From positions 1-56,972 of the forward strand of contig JANNRF010000394.1 in NCBI GenBank assembly GCA_031401135.1: DNA of 56,972 bases. Direction: 5' to 3'. Source of the DNA: Deltaproteobacteria bacterium (GTDB lineage: Bacteria > Myxococcota_A > UBA9160 > UBA6930). Of this stretch, positions 1-8,876 are shown piece by piece. The translations under genes were made by a program, and so were the position numbers. Under the pieces are notes generated by a model, which was given only the letters and a program-made list of their open reading frames with translations, made no database searches and was not told where the DNA came from. Position 1 is the stretch's first letter. Every line of letters begins with the position of its first letter.

Positions 1-35
1 CATTAGTTCGTGTGAGGGATCCCCGCACAAGGCAA

Positions 36-193
36 GCGGATGGGGTCGGGGGCCGGCGGCGCTGAGGTAAAAGCGCAGGAGCGGCCCAACGCAATGAACC
101 GCCTTCAGCGAGTGCGCGCACGCCAGGGAACGCCACATCCATCCAAAGGCCGCTCCGAGCCACGAAGCGCCGCCGGCCTCCGGCCCCGTCCGC
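36..193 (+). repeat. Nested palindromic element, copy 1 (structured repeat or ncRNA candidate)
   Basis: 28-nt arms 36-63 and 166-193 pair fully (3 G-U wobbles on + strand RNA). Inner stem GGAGCGGCC (78-86) / GGCCGCTCC (148-156). Internal-loop strands GAGGTAAAAGCGCA and GAGCCACGA recur in the element at 23144-23279. Confidence 0.75.
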
Positions 194-197
194 GCTG

Positions 198-2915
198 CTA
201 CGACGCGCTCGGCACCGCCTCTTCCGCCGGCGCTGCCCCAGCCGCCGGCACCGGCTCTTCTTTCTTCTTCTCCACCGGAGGAGGCGACAGCACCTGCCCA
301 ATCGCCTTCAAGCTCCCAAACACGAAGTTCGGCACTCCTTCGAGCAACAACGTCGCCGGCCCCGACGCCACCGACTTCGCCAGAAGCGGCTGCACGTTCG
401 GCTTCGCCCAGATTCCAGTCACCGAGAAGTAGAACCCCGCCAGCGCCTGATCCTCGCCGAGCAGCAGCACGTTGAAGATCGGAATGTGCGCGACGATCGT
501 GTCGAGGGTCGGAATCGGGTACATGCCGATCACGCTTTCGAGTTCGTACGGCTCCGCGAGGTGCGTCTTGCCCGAGGCTGCCATGCGCTCGGACCGGCCC
601 TCGAGCGTGAGCGTGCGCGAAGTCATCCAGCCGTTCTCGATCGGACCTTCGAGATCGATCGCGCGATACGGGAAGCGGTCGCGCTTGCCGAATGGATCGA
701 TCTTCTCGTCAGTCAGCGCGAGCGCCAGCAGGAACGGGACGTCGCGATAGATCTCGCCTTTGCGCGCGTGCAGACTCGCGTAGCCGTGCACATCGACGAG
801 CGGGCTCTTGCCGAGCTGGAGCGTGCCGCTGGCGGTCGCGGCGCCGACGAGCAGCCCCGACATCACGGGCCTCGGCATCTGCGAGGTGGTCCAGACATCG
901 AGCAGTTCGAGGCCGCGGCTCTGGGCCTCGACCGCGAACGGAATCGGGCCGTCGCCGCCGAGCTCGAGCACGAGCTTGCCTTCGAGTTCGCCACTCGGCG
1001 CGAGTCGCAGCTTCGTCTTCAGCAACTCGACGCGCGCGCCCAGCACGCGGAAGCCGCCGTCATAACTCTTGGTGAGGAAGCGCCCCATCGAGCTGACGTC
1101 GAGCGCGAAGCGGCCCTCGGCCCAGATCGCGGGGTCGGCAGCGGGCGCGGCCTGCGCGCGCCGCTCGCCCAGCGCGAGTTCCACCGAGATCGAGCCGCCA
1201 TCGCGCAGCGGCTGGCCGTCTTTGCCGCGGCCTTTGCGATACGAGGCGTTGCCCTCGATCCCGAACGTCGCCCAGGTGCCGCTCTCGACCGTGTAGTCGT
1301 AACCGTTGTCGGCGCGCTGGATTTCGGCGGTCACGTCTTCGAGCGTGCAAAACAGGAGCGGGTGCGAGAGCCGATCGAGATCGAGGTTGAGCGCGCTCCA
1401 GGTGGGCACGTAGGGTGGTTTGCGGCGCGATTCGACCCAGGCGCGCAGATCGTCGATGGCGGCGAGCGGCGGCACCGGCGGCGGGCGTTCGCAGCGCACG
1501 TCTTCGAGTGAGTGCACGTGCGAGAGGCCGCTGAGCTTTAGCGCGAGGCGCGGCAAGCGGCGTTCGCGGTAGCTCGCGCCGACGGCGTGCACCTCGAGCG
1601 TGTCGCCTGAGAACTCGAGCGTGCCGGCGACGTCGCGCAGCTGATCGGCTTCGCCGAGGCGCAGCTCCGCTTCTTCGAGGCTCAGCTTCACGCGGAGATC
1701 GCCGGCGCGCGCGAGCAGCCCGCCGCGCGCGATCTCGCGCGCACCCGCGACGCTGCTCGTGAGCTTCAGTTCGAGGCTGCGGATCTGCCCGCTGACGATG
1801 CGCTCGAGCGCGCGTTCGAGATCTGGCCGCACGCCTCTCGGCAGCTGCGCCGCGATGCGTTCGAGCTCGGGGCGGCCGATGCCGCGCGTCGCGAGTTCGG
1901 CGCGTAGCGCGCTGGCGTCGGCGAACGGCAAGCCCAACGCGAGCGTGCCGCTCACCGCCAGCGCGCCGTCTGCCACAGAGAGCTCCGTCGCGCGCAGTTC
2001 GCCCGGGCTCGCTTCGAGCGCGAGCGAGATCTTCGGCGCGCGTAGATCGAGCGTGAAGCTGCGCTTCGGGTCGGGCGTCGCGACCGTGCCCGCGATGCCG
2101 CGCCCCTCGACCACGGCGCGCAGCTCGTGCGCCGCGCCCGCGGCGGAGCGCCAGCTCAATTCGCCGTGTAGCTCGCCCGCGAGTTCGGGCGCTTGTTCGA
2201 ACGCCGCGAGCAGCGCGTCCACCTGCGTTGATTTCAGCGCGAGCTTCGCCTCGACCTCATCGTCCGCGACCGCGAGCGTGAGTTCGAAGGGCGCCGAAGC
2301 CTCGGCGCCAAGCACGCCGCGGCCGCTCGCCTCCCAATTCCCGTCCCCTGAGAGCCGCGCGCAGCGGAACGTGAGCGTGTCGAGTTCGAGCACGCGGCGC
2401 GGGGCGGCGGCGCTCGTGAACGAAACCGAGAGACGTTCGGCATCGAGCGGCGGAATCGGGCAAGGGCGCGCGCGCAGCTGGTCTGCGGCTTTCGAGAGCG
2501 CCGCGACCGCGCGCGAGAGCGGCTCCTCCGCGTTCGGCGCAGCTTGCTCCGCCCCCGGCTCGGGCATCGCGAACTCGATCCCTGAGAACTGGAGCGCGCG
2601 CAGCTCGAGCCGGCCGAGCATCAACAAGAACGGATCGACGCGTGCGCTCACCTGTTCGATCGCGAGCGAGGCGCCGCCGGGCAGCGGGTCGGCCCGCATG
2701 TCGCGCGCTTCGAGGTGAAGCCACGGCAGATCCTCGGTGAGGCTGACTCGCACATCGCCGAGCCGGACCGGCGCCTTCAGCAGCGCCGAGAGACGCGCCT
2801 CCGCCTCGGTGCGAAGCCGTTCAGGCGCGAGCCGCGAGGCGGCGTAGAAGCCGCCGAGCGCTGCGGCTCCAAAGACGCACACGGCGACCAGAAAGACCAA
2901 GATGGCGCGACGCAA
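198..2915 (-). CDS. AsmA-like / YhdP-like intermembrane bridge protein
   Basis: 905-aa ORF with an N-terminal TM anchor, long beta-rich body and an AsmA_2-type C-terminus (PIPTLDTIVAHIPIFNVLLLG...YFSVTGIWAKPNV). TTG start is uncertain. Confidence 0.7.
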   Translation of the reverse strand: MRRAILVFLVAVCVFGAAALGGFYAASRLAPERLRTEAEARLSALLKAPVRLGDVRVSLTEDLPWLHLEARDMRADPLPGGASLAIEQVSARVDPFLLMLGRLELRALQFSGIEFAMPEPGAEQAAPNAEEPLSRAVAALSKAADQLRARPCPIPPLDAERLSVSFTSAAAPRRVLELDTLTFRCARLSGDGNWEASGRGVLGAEASAPFELTLAVADDEVEAKLALKSTQVDALLAAFEQAPELAGELHGELSWRSAAGAAHELRAVVEGRGIAGTVATPDPKRSFTLDLRAPKISLALEASPGELRATELSVADGALAVSGTLALGLPFADASALRAELATRGIGRPELERIAAQLPRGVRPDLERALERIVSGQIRSLELKLTSSVAGAREIARGGLLARAGDLRVKLSLEEAELRLGEADQLRDVAGTLEFSGDTLEVHAVGASYRERRLPRLALKLSGLSHVHSLEDVRCERPPPVPPLAAIDDLRAWVESRRKPPYVPTWSALNLDLDRLSHPLLFCTLEDVTAEIQRADNGYDYTVESGTWATFGIEGNASYRKGRGKDGQPLRDGGSISVELALGERRAQAAPAADPAIWAEGRFALDVSSMGRFLTKSYDGGFRVLGARVELLKTKLRLAPSGELEGKLVLELGGDGPIPFAVEAQSRGLELLDVWTTSQMPRPVMSGLLVGAATASGTLQLGKSPLVDVHGYASLHARKGEIYRDVPFLLALALTDEKIDPFGKRDRFPYRAIDLEGPIENGWMTSRTLTLEGRSERMAASGKTHLAEPYELESVIGMYPIPTLDTIVAHIPIFNVLLLGEDQALAGFYFSVTGIWAKPNVQPLLAKSVASGPATLLLEGVPNFVFGSLKAIGQVLSPPPVEKKKEEPVPAAGAAPAEEAVPSAS

Positions 2916-3258
2916 ATGGCCCCCAGAAGCGAGCGCACCTTAGCCGCCTCGCTGCGGGAGACGGCTCTCAGTGCGCGGGATATTCGCGCCCGGTAGCGCG
3001 CCGAGGGCCACCAAAACTTTGGGTCCTCGAAGCGGCGGCTAGCTGGCGAAAGCGCCCGCTCTGCACACGGAAAGCGCATTGCGGGAGGTATTCCGGAAGT
3101 CCGCCAAGCGCCGATTCCTGCTCAAGAAATTCCGCCTCGCTTCCGAAATCACCAGTCAGCCAAGTGCTGGCCTCGCGATGAGGCCAGTGAGAGCGAGCCA
3201 CGCCTGCGCCCAACGGGACCGGCGCTGAGCGTGAGTTCGCAACGGCACGGAGAACACT

Positions 3259-3555
3259 GTGGAAGCGGAACCCCAGAACGAGAGCGACTTCCAGCCGAAT
3301 CGCGTGCGCGAGATTCGCGAGAACCGCCTGATGACTCAGGCGCAGCTCGCGCGCAAGGCGAAGGTGGCGCTGCGGACGATCCACAGTGTCGAGAAGGGCA
3401 TGAACTGCCGCATGGACACCAAGCGCAAGATTCTGCTCGCGCTCGGCATGCGTTTCGAAGACAAAGAGTTCGTGTTTCCCTCGCTGCTTCGGCGCGGGCT
3501 CGAGAATCTCCCGCCGATGCCGAGTGAAGGCGGGAGCTCGCCGCTCTCGCACTGA
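3259..3555 (+). CDS. XRE-family helix-turn-helix transcriptional regulator
   Basis: NRVREIRENRLMTQAQLARKAKVALRTIHSVEKG is an HTH_3 pattern; GGAG upstream of the GTG. Confidence 0.85.
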   Translation: MEAEPQNESDFQPNRVREIRENRLMTQAQLARKAKVALRTIHSVEKGMNCRMDTKRKILLALGMRFEDKEFVFPSLLRRGLENLPPMPSEGGSSPLSH

Positions 3556-3576
3556 GCGAACGCGCGTTCTGAATAA

Positions 3577-3610
3577 GAAGGGCTGGGGAAATCCCCGGCC
3601 CTTCGTGTTT
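3577..3610 (+). terminator. Rho-independent terminator candidate
   Basis: GAAGGGCTGGGG-AAAT-CCCCGGCCCTTC hairpin followed by GTGTTT, just after the XRE stop codon. Confidence 0.65.
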
Positions 3611-3744
3611 CTGGGTGCGCGTTCGACCGCGCGCGCCGAGTTCCGCGCGCCCCGACTCGAGCGTCGTGAAACTAAACGTCGCTCGGCGCGCATTCACCAA
3701 AGCCCGGGCCTACCATCGCGCAGCGTCGTCGCGAGGGAGCCGCC

Positions 3745-6171
3745 ATTACCGATCGCAGCGCAGAGCGCGGAGCCCTAATTGCCGACGTCGCTGGCGTCGT
3801 CTCGCGCTCGCACGATCTGCGGCAGACGCTCGACAACGTCGTCGACCTCACGGCGAAGCGGCTCGATGCCGACGTCTGCTCCGTCTACCTGACGAGCGCC
3901 GATCGCGCATCGCTGACGCTTTCTGCCACGGTGGGCCTCGACAAGGCCTCGGTCGGGCACGTGAAGCTCGCGGTGGGGGAAGGCCTGGTCGGCCACGTCG
4001 CGGCGCGCGGCGAGCCCGAGGCGTTCGCGGAGGCGCAGCAGCACCCCGCCTACCGCTACTTCCCCGAGACGCGCGAGGAGCAGTTCCGCTCGCTGGCCGC
4101 AGCGCCGCTCAAAGTGCGCGGGCTCAGCGGCGAAGGCTTCACGATCGGCGTGCTGGTGGTGCAGACGCGCGAGGCGCGCGCGTTCTCGGACGCGGAGGTC
4201 GAACTGCTCGAGACCTGTGCGCAGTTGATCGCGCCGATCGTCATCAACGCCCAGCTGCTCAACGTGGTGGCGGGCGGTGAGGAGCGGCGTAGCCGGCTGA
4301 TCCAGGAACTCGGCGGCGTCGGCATCGTGCAGCCCGCGGCGCCGGCGGTTGCTGTGCGCGCCGAGCGCAATGCGGTGCTGAAGGGCACCGCCACCTCGCG
4401 CGGCATCGCGATCGGCCCGGTCTACGTCTTGGGCGACGCCGTCGATCTCGAGCGGCTCGACTACACGCCTAACAAGGACGCCGCGCAGGAGAAGCGCGAT
4501 CTCGAGAACGCGCTCGAGGAGGCGCGCCGCGAACTCCAGGATTTGCGCGAGGACGTCACCCAGCGTTTCGGCCCGGATTTCGCGGCGGTGTTCCACACCC
4601 ACATCCAGATGCTGGAAGACAAGGGTTTCGTCGCGAAGCTCGAGAGCGCGCTCGCGCACACCGGCAACGCGCTCGAAGCGCTGCGCGGCGTGCTGGCCGA
4701 GTACGCCCGCACCTTCGGCGCGCTCGACGATCCGTACTTCCGCGAGCGCGGCGTCGACATCCAGGACGTCGGCCAGCGCGTCGTCGCGAGGCTGCTCGGC
4801 GTGCGCCATCACGACAAGCCGCTGATGGATGGCGCGATCGTGGTGGCCTCCGCGCTCTTGCCCGCGCACTTCGCGACGCTCGACGTCGAGAAGATCGCCG
4901 CGGTCGTTTCCGAGCACGGCGGCCCGACTTCGCACGGCGCGATCTTCGCGCGCGCGCTCGAGATCCCAGCTGTTACGGGTGTCGCGGGGCTGCTCGAAGC
5001 CGCGCGCGCGGGCGAGCTCGCGATCGTCGACGGGGACGCGGGCCGCCTGATCCTCTCGCCCGACGACGAGATCCAGAGCACGTACTCGAAGGCGCAACAG
5101 CGCGCGCTGGTTGCGATCGAGCACCTCGACGCGCTGGCCGAGCGCCCCGCCGAGACGCGCGATGGCCACCGCGTGCGGCTCACTGCCAACGCGGGCCTGC
5201 TCTCGGATCTGCGCCTCGTCGAGCGCCACGGCGCCGAGGGCATCGGCCTGTTCCGCACCGAGCTGCTCGCGCTCGTGCACCGCGGTTTCCCGACCGAGGA
5301 GGAGCAGGAGAAGCTGTACGAGCAGGTAGCGGCCGCGATGAAGCCGCGGCCCGTAACAATTCGCACGCTCGACCTGGGCGGCGACAAGGCGATTCCCGAG
5401 TTGGCGCTCGAGGCCGAGGCGAACCCGCAGCTCGGCTGGCGCTCGATCCGGCTCTCGCTCTCGCACCTCGACGCCTTCCGCGCGCAGCTGCGGGCCGTGC
5501 TGCGCGCGAGCGCCCACGGCAACGTGCGCCTCTTGATCCCGATGGTCTCGGCGATCGACGAGCTGCGCCGCGTGAAGGAACTCGTCGAAGAGGCCAAGGC
5601 GGAGCTCGCGCGCGCCGAAGTTCCCTTCGACGCCCGCATGCCCGTCGGCATCATGATCGAGGTGCCGTCGGTCGCCGTGATCGCCGACGTGTTCGCGCGC
5701 GAGTGCGACTTCTTCTCGATCGGCACCAACGACCTCACGCAGTACACGCTCGCCGTCGACCGCGGGAACGAGCGCGTCGCGCACCTCTACGATCCGCTGC
5801 ACCCGGCGGTGCTCGCCCTGATCGATCGCAGCGTGCGCGCCGCGCGCAAAGCCGGCATCGACATCTCGGTGTGCGGCGAGATGGCGAGCAGCCCGCTGGC
5901 GGTGCCGATCCTGGTGGGCCTCGGCCTCGGCGAGTTATCAGGCGTCGCGAGCGCCGTGCCGCTCGTCAAAGAAATCGTGCGCGCGCTCGACAGCCACACC
6001 GTCGCCGCCGACGCGCGCCGCGCGCTCGATGCCGCGAGCGTCGGCGAAGTGCGCGCAATCGCCGCCGCGCGGCTCGCGGAGGCGGGGCTGCTCGAGCACC
6101 CGGATCTGGGCGAGTTCCTGCGCAGCGTGGTGCAAGGCGCGCAAGGCAACGGCGGCAGCGCGGGGCGTTAG
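3745..6171 (+). CDS. ptsP: Phosphoenolpyruvate-protein phosphotransferase with N-terminal GAF domain (EI-Ntr type)
   Basis: GGPTSHGAIFARALEIPAV phospho-His motif, GIGLFRTE, RTLDLGGDK, FFSIGTNDLTQY, SVCGEMA. The GAF domain (SRSHDLRQTLDNVV...DVCSVYL) extends upstream of the ORF-track start at 3931, so the start is placed at ATT 3745 behind GAGGGAG (inferred). Confidence 0.92.
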   Translation: MTDRSAERGALIADVAGVVSRSHDLRQTLDNVVDLTAKRLDADVCSVYLTSADRASLTLSATVGLDKASVGHVKLAVGEGLVGHVAARGEPEAFAEAQQHPAYRYFPETREEQFRSLAAAPLKVRGLSGEGFTIGVLVVQTREARAFSDAEVELLETCAQLIAPIVINAQLLNVVAGGEERRSRLIQELGGVGIVQPAAPAVAVRAERNAVLKGTATSRGIAIGPVYVLGDAVDLERLDYTPNKDAAQEKRDLENALEEARRELQDLREDVTQRFGPDFAAVFHTHIQMLEDKGFVAKLESALAHTGNALEALRGVLAEYARTFGALDDPYFRERGVDIQDVGQRVVARLLGVRHHDKPLMDGAIVVASALLPAHFATLDVEKIAAVVSEHGGPTSHGAIFARALEIPAVTGVAGLLEAARAGELAIVDGDAGRLILSPDDEIQSTYSKAQQRALVAIEHLDALAERPAETRDGHRVRLTANAGLLSDLRLVERHGAEGIGLFRTELLALVHRGFPTEEEQEKLYEQVAAAMKPRPVTIRTLDLGGDKAIPELALEAEANPQLGWRSIRLSLSHLDAFRAQLRAVLRASAHGNVRLLIPMVSAIDELRRVKELVEEAKAELARAEVPFDARMPVGIMIEVPSVAVIADVFARECDFFSIGTNDLTQYTLAVDRGNERVAHLYDPLHPAVLALIDRSVRAARKAGIDISVCGEMASSPLAVPILVGLGLGELSGVASAVPLVKEIVRALDSHTVAADARRALDAASVGEVRAIAAARLAEAGLLEHPDLGEFLRSVVQGAQGNGGSAGR

Positions 6172-6209
6172 ACGAACGGGTCGCGCGGAGCCACGGAAGG
6201 GGTAACCGG

Positions 6210-7484
6210 ATGAGGACTCTGCAGCGGATCGCGTTCGTTATGGCGCTCCTGCTTGCGGTGCCGGCGAACGCCGAGGTTTTCGTCGAGTCGACAGAGAGGC
6301 TGGTCAGTGAGCAGATCGACGTCCCGCCGGGAGGAATCGTTTATCGGCGTCTCCCGTTGAAGTCCAAGGCCATCATCTCGGCGGAGATTGCGACGCAAGG
6401 AGGGCTAGACAATGAGATTCGAGTCTGGTTCGTCGATCTCCCTAACTTTCAGTTGCTCCAGGGAGGCCAGAAGTTCGCCTTCGTAAGGAAGGGCTCGGGC
6501 ACCGTCTCGGGGCAAGGGCAATTCACGTTCACCGCCGCGCAAGCCAACGTCTACTACCTCGTGCTCGACAACCGCGAATCGTTCACGATGCGCAGGACCG
6601 ACGTGTCTGTCGAGAAGAGCACGGACGAACCGACGCCGGAAGCGGAGGCCGTTCGAGCGGGGTTTGAAGAGCTGTACGGCGGACTGAAGAAAGTGTTCGT
6701 GTTCGAGGATTTCGACATCCACATCACCTCGTGTGGTGAAGCGAACGCGTACTCCACGCCGGACGTTGTCCTCTGCGCCGAGTTGTTCAGCGAGCTTCAC
6801 GAACAGGGCGTCCCGGGGGCAGCGCTGTTCGTTTTCTTTCACGAGCTCGGTCACAGCTTGCTGAACCTCTGGGCTCTGCCGCTTCACGACAACGAGGATG
6901 CCGCTGACGAGTTTGCGACCGTAATGATGTTGCTCGGAGACCATGAGGAGGAGGCATTAGAGGCCGCTGCATGGTGGGCTGAGCGCGCGACGCAGCAGGA
7001 GGCGATCGCGAAGCTCTGGGCGGATGATCGCCACAGCATCTCGCCACAGCGCGCGCGGAACATCGTCAACTGGGTCAACCAAGGTGACGCGTTGAAGCTC
7101 CGGTGGATGAAGTTCCTGTCGCCGAACATGACTGCCACTGCGCAGCGAGAGTTCGCCGAAGAGTCGAAGTCGTGGCGTCCGGCGCCGACGGCGAGCAAGC
7201 AGGGGTTGGCAACGCGAAGGATTCCGATCGAGGTCGAGTTCGTGCCCGGGTCAACGATCGAGGGGCAGGTTGCGCGCATCATCAACACGTCTGGGCGCCG
7301 CCTCTCCCTCAAGTTGGTGGCCGAGAACTCCGCGCTCGACCAACAAGTGTCGGGGGAGCTGGAACTCGCGCCCTCACGCCGACCGATCGAGTGGGGCCCG
7401 GACGAGGGTTGGCACTTTGTGAGTGGAGAGACGCTCACGATCGAGGGCGAAGGCTTCGACGCGCTGAAGCTGACCGTCCCATGA
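6210..7484 (+). CDS. Secreted DUF4344-like zinc metallopeptidase with extra beta domains
   Basis: Signal peptide MRTLQRIAFVMALLLAVPANA; CGEANAY, FFHELGHSL (HExxH), NEDAADEFA, DDRHSISPQR. ATG at 6210; the ORF-track extension into ptsP is spurious. Confidence 0.75.
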   Translation: MRTLQRIAFVMALLLAVPANAEVFVESTERLVSEQIDVPPGGIVYRRLPLKSKAIISAEIATQGGLDNEIRVWFVDLPNFQLLQGGQKFAFVRKGSGTVSGQGQFTFTAAQANVYYLVLDNRESFTMRRTDVSVEKSTDEPTPEAEAVRAGFEELYGGLKKVFVFEDFDIHITSCGEANAYSTPDVVLCAELFSELHEQGVPGAALFVFFHELGHSLLNLWALPLHDNEDAADEFATVMMLLGDHEEEALEAAAWWAERATQQEAIAKLWADDRHSISPQRARNIVNWVNQGDALKLRWMKFLSPNMTATAQREFAEESKSWRPAPTASKQGLATRRIPIEVEFVPGSTIEGQVARIINTSGRRLSLKLVAENSALDQQVSGELELAPSRRPIEWGPDEGWHFVSGETLTIEGEGFDALKLTVP

Positions 7485-7500
7485 CGGGGCCGCGGACGAG

Positions 7501-8214
7501 TCACTCGCTGACCAGATCCACCACTAGCGCAGAGTGATCGCTGCCGCGCACTCGCAGCACCTGCACGTTCGCGGCGAGCACGCCGTTGCCTAACACGTGG
7601 TCGATGCGCAGTGCGCGCGGGGCGCCGGGCCAGGGGCCCCAGGTGCGGCGCGCGAAGCTGTTCCGCAGCGCGGCGTGCTCCCGCGCGAGATCCGGGAGGC
7701 GCGCGGCGAGCGCGCGGTAGGCGGGCCAGAGCGGCGTCGCGTTGAAGTCGCCGCACACGACGCGCGGCGCCTCGGGCGTTGCATCGAGGTAGAGCAGCAG
7801 CGCGGCGAGCTGCGCGCGGCGCGTCGCGAACGCGCGCCACTGCGGGAACGTGTGCGGCGCTTGGATGTGCAGGTTCACGAGTTCGAGCGCGGCGCCGAGT
7901 TCGGGCCAGTCGTTAGGGGAGAGCGTCGCGATGCGCGCGTCGCGGCGCGGCAGCGCGAGGCGGCTCATCGCGAGCGGGCGGCGCGCGGCGATTCCCATGC
8001 CGTCGAAGTCGCGCTTCGTGGCGCCGGGTTCGAGCTTGCCGTGCGGGAGCACGCGCGCGATCGCGGCGGCCTGGCGTGCGCCTAATTCCTGGAAGCACGC
8101 GACGTCCACCGCGAGCTCGCGCAGCTGCGCAGCGAACGCCTCGGGGTCGGCGCGGTCGTGAAACAGGTTCGCGGTGAGCAGGCGGATCGCTCTGCCGGGG
8201 CGGGCCGTCGTCAT
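7501..8214 (-). CDS. Endonuclease/exonuclease/phosphatase (EEP) family protein
   Basis: LLTANL, DVACFQE, NLHI, CGDFNA, RIDHVL and GSDH motifs; ATG overlaps the upstream stop (ATGA). Confidence 0.88.
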   Translation of the reverse strand: MTTARPGRAIRLLTANLFHDRADPEAFAAQLRELAVDVACFQELGARQAAAIARVLPHGKLEPGATKRDFDGMGIAARRPLAMSRLALPRRDARIATLSPNDWPELGAALELVNLHIQAPHTFPQWRAFATRRAQLAALLLYLDATPEAPRVVCGDFNATPLWPAYRALAARLPDLAREHAALRNSFARRTWGPWPGAPRALRIDHVLGNGVLAANVQVLRVRGSDHSALVVDLVSE

Positions 8215-8876
8215 CCGCTCGCGAGCTGCTCGGCGGCTTCTCGGTCCAAGCGGTGCAGCTCCTCCGTCAGTCTGCGGCGCCAGTCTTCGAGCGCCGCGGC
8301 GTCCGCACTTCTCGGAATTTCGAGCGCGTTTCCGTAGCGGAGTCGCACGCTCGCGAACGGCAGCGGCAAGAGCGCGCGGTCCCAGCTGCCGAGCTGGCGT
8401 GAAGGTGCTGCGGCAATTCCCAGCGGCACGAGCGGCGCGCCCGTGGCGCTCGCGAGCGCGAGCACGCCGGTCTTCAGTTCGAACGCAGGCCCGCGCGGGC
8501 CGTCCGGCAGCACGCCGCCACTCTCGCCCGTGCGCACGCGGCGGATCATCTCGCGCAGCAGCGCGCTGCCACCGCGCGAGCTCGAGCCGCGCGGCGCGCG
8601 CGCGAAGCCGAGGCGCAGCAATGCGCCCTCCGCGAGATCGCCGTCGCGCGAGAGGCTGAGCGGCACCCAGAGCCCGCGGTCGCGCATCGCGAACGCGGCA
8701 ACGATTAGGCCGCGGTGCCACGTCACCAGCACGAACGGCGTGTGCGCGGGCGGCGGACCTGATGACTCGATGCGCCAGCTCGCGCCGAGTGCGCGCAGCG
8801 CGAACGCGGCGAGTGCGCCCGCGAGTGCACGCAGCGCGCGCATCACCAAGCCGTCGTCGCGCACCCGCTCGCTCAT
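8211..8876 (-). CDS. DUF374 / lysophospholipid acyltransferase-like protein
   Basis: TWH, SLSRDG, RGSSSRGG and PDGPRGP motifs; ATGA coupling with both neighbours. Confidence 0.85.
   Translation of the reverse strand: MSERVRDDGLVMRALRALAGALAAFALRALGASWRIESSGPPPAHTPFVLVTWHRGLIVAAFAMRDRGLWVPLSLSRDGDLAEGALLRLGFARAPRGSSSRGGSALLREMIRRVRTGESGGVLPDGPRGPAFELKTGVLALASATGAPLVPLGIAAAPSRQLGSWDRALLPLPFASVRLRYGNALEIPRSADAAALEDWRRRLTEELHRLDREAAEQLASG

Noticed and set aside
3066-3202. Possible third copy of the nested element (GGAAAGCGCA ... GAGCCACG)
   Set aside because: Both short motifs are present, but no convincing outer or inner stem flanks them; more likely divergent promoter DNA.
3775-5802. 675-aa minus-strand ORF and similar long shadow ORFs (e.g. 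13357-15018, 20341-23229, 36443-37795, 50357-52384)
   Set aside because: They are antisense or off-frame to well-supported genes, Arg/Ala-rich and motif-free; long open shadow frames are expected at high GC.
5703-6209. N-terminal extensions in the ORF track (also 7501-8889, 8211-9368, 24895-27147, 25368-27698, 33765-35897, 46259-47707)
   Set aside because: The extensions overlap neighbouring genes; internal starts with an RBS or stop-start coupling fit better, so these are not fusions or frameshifts.
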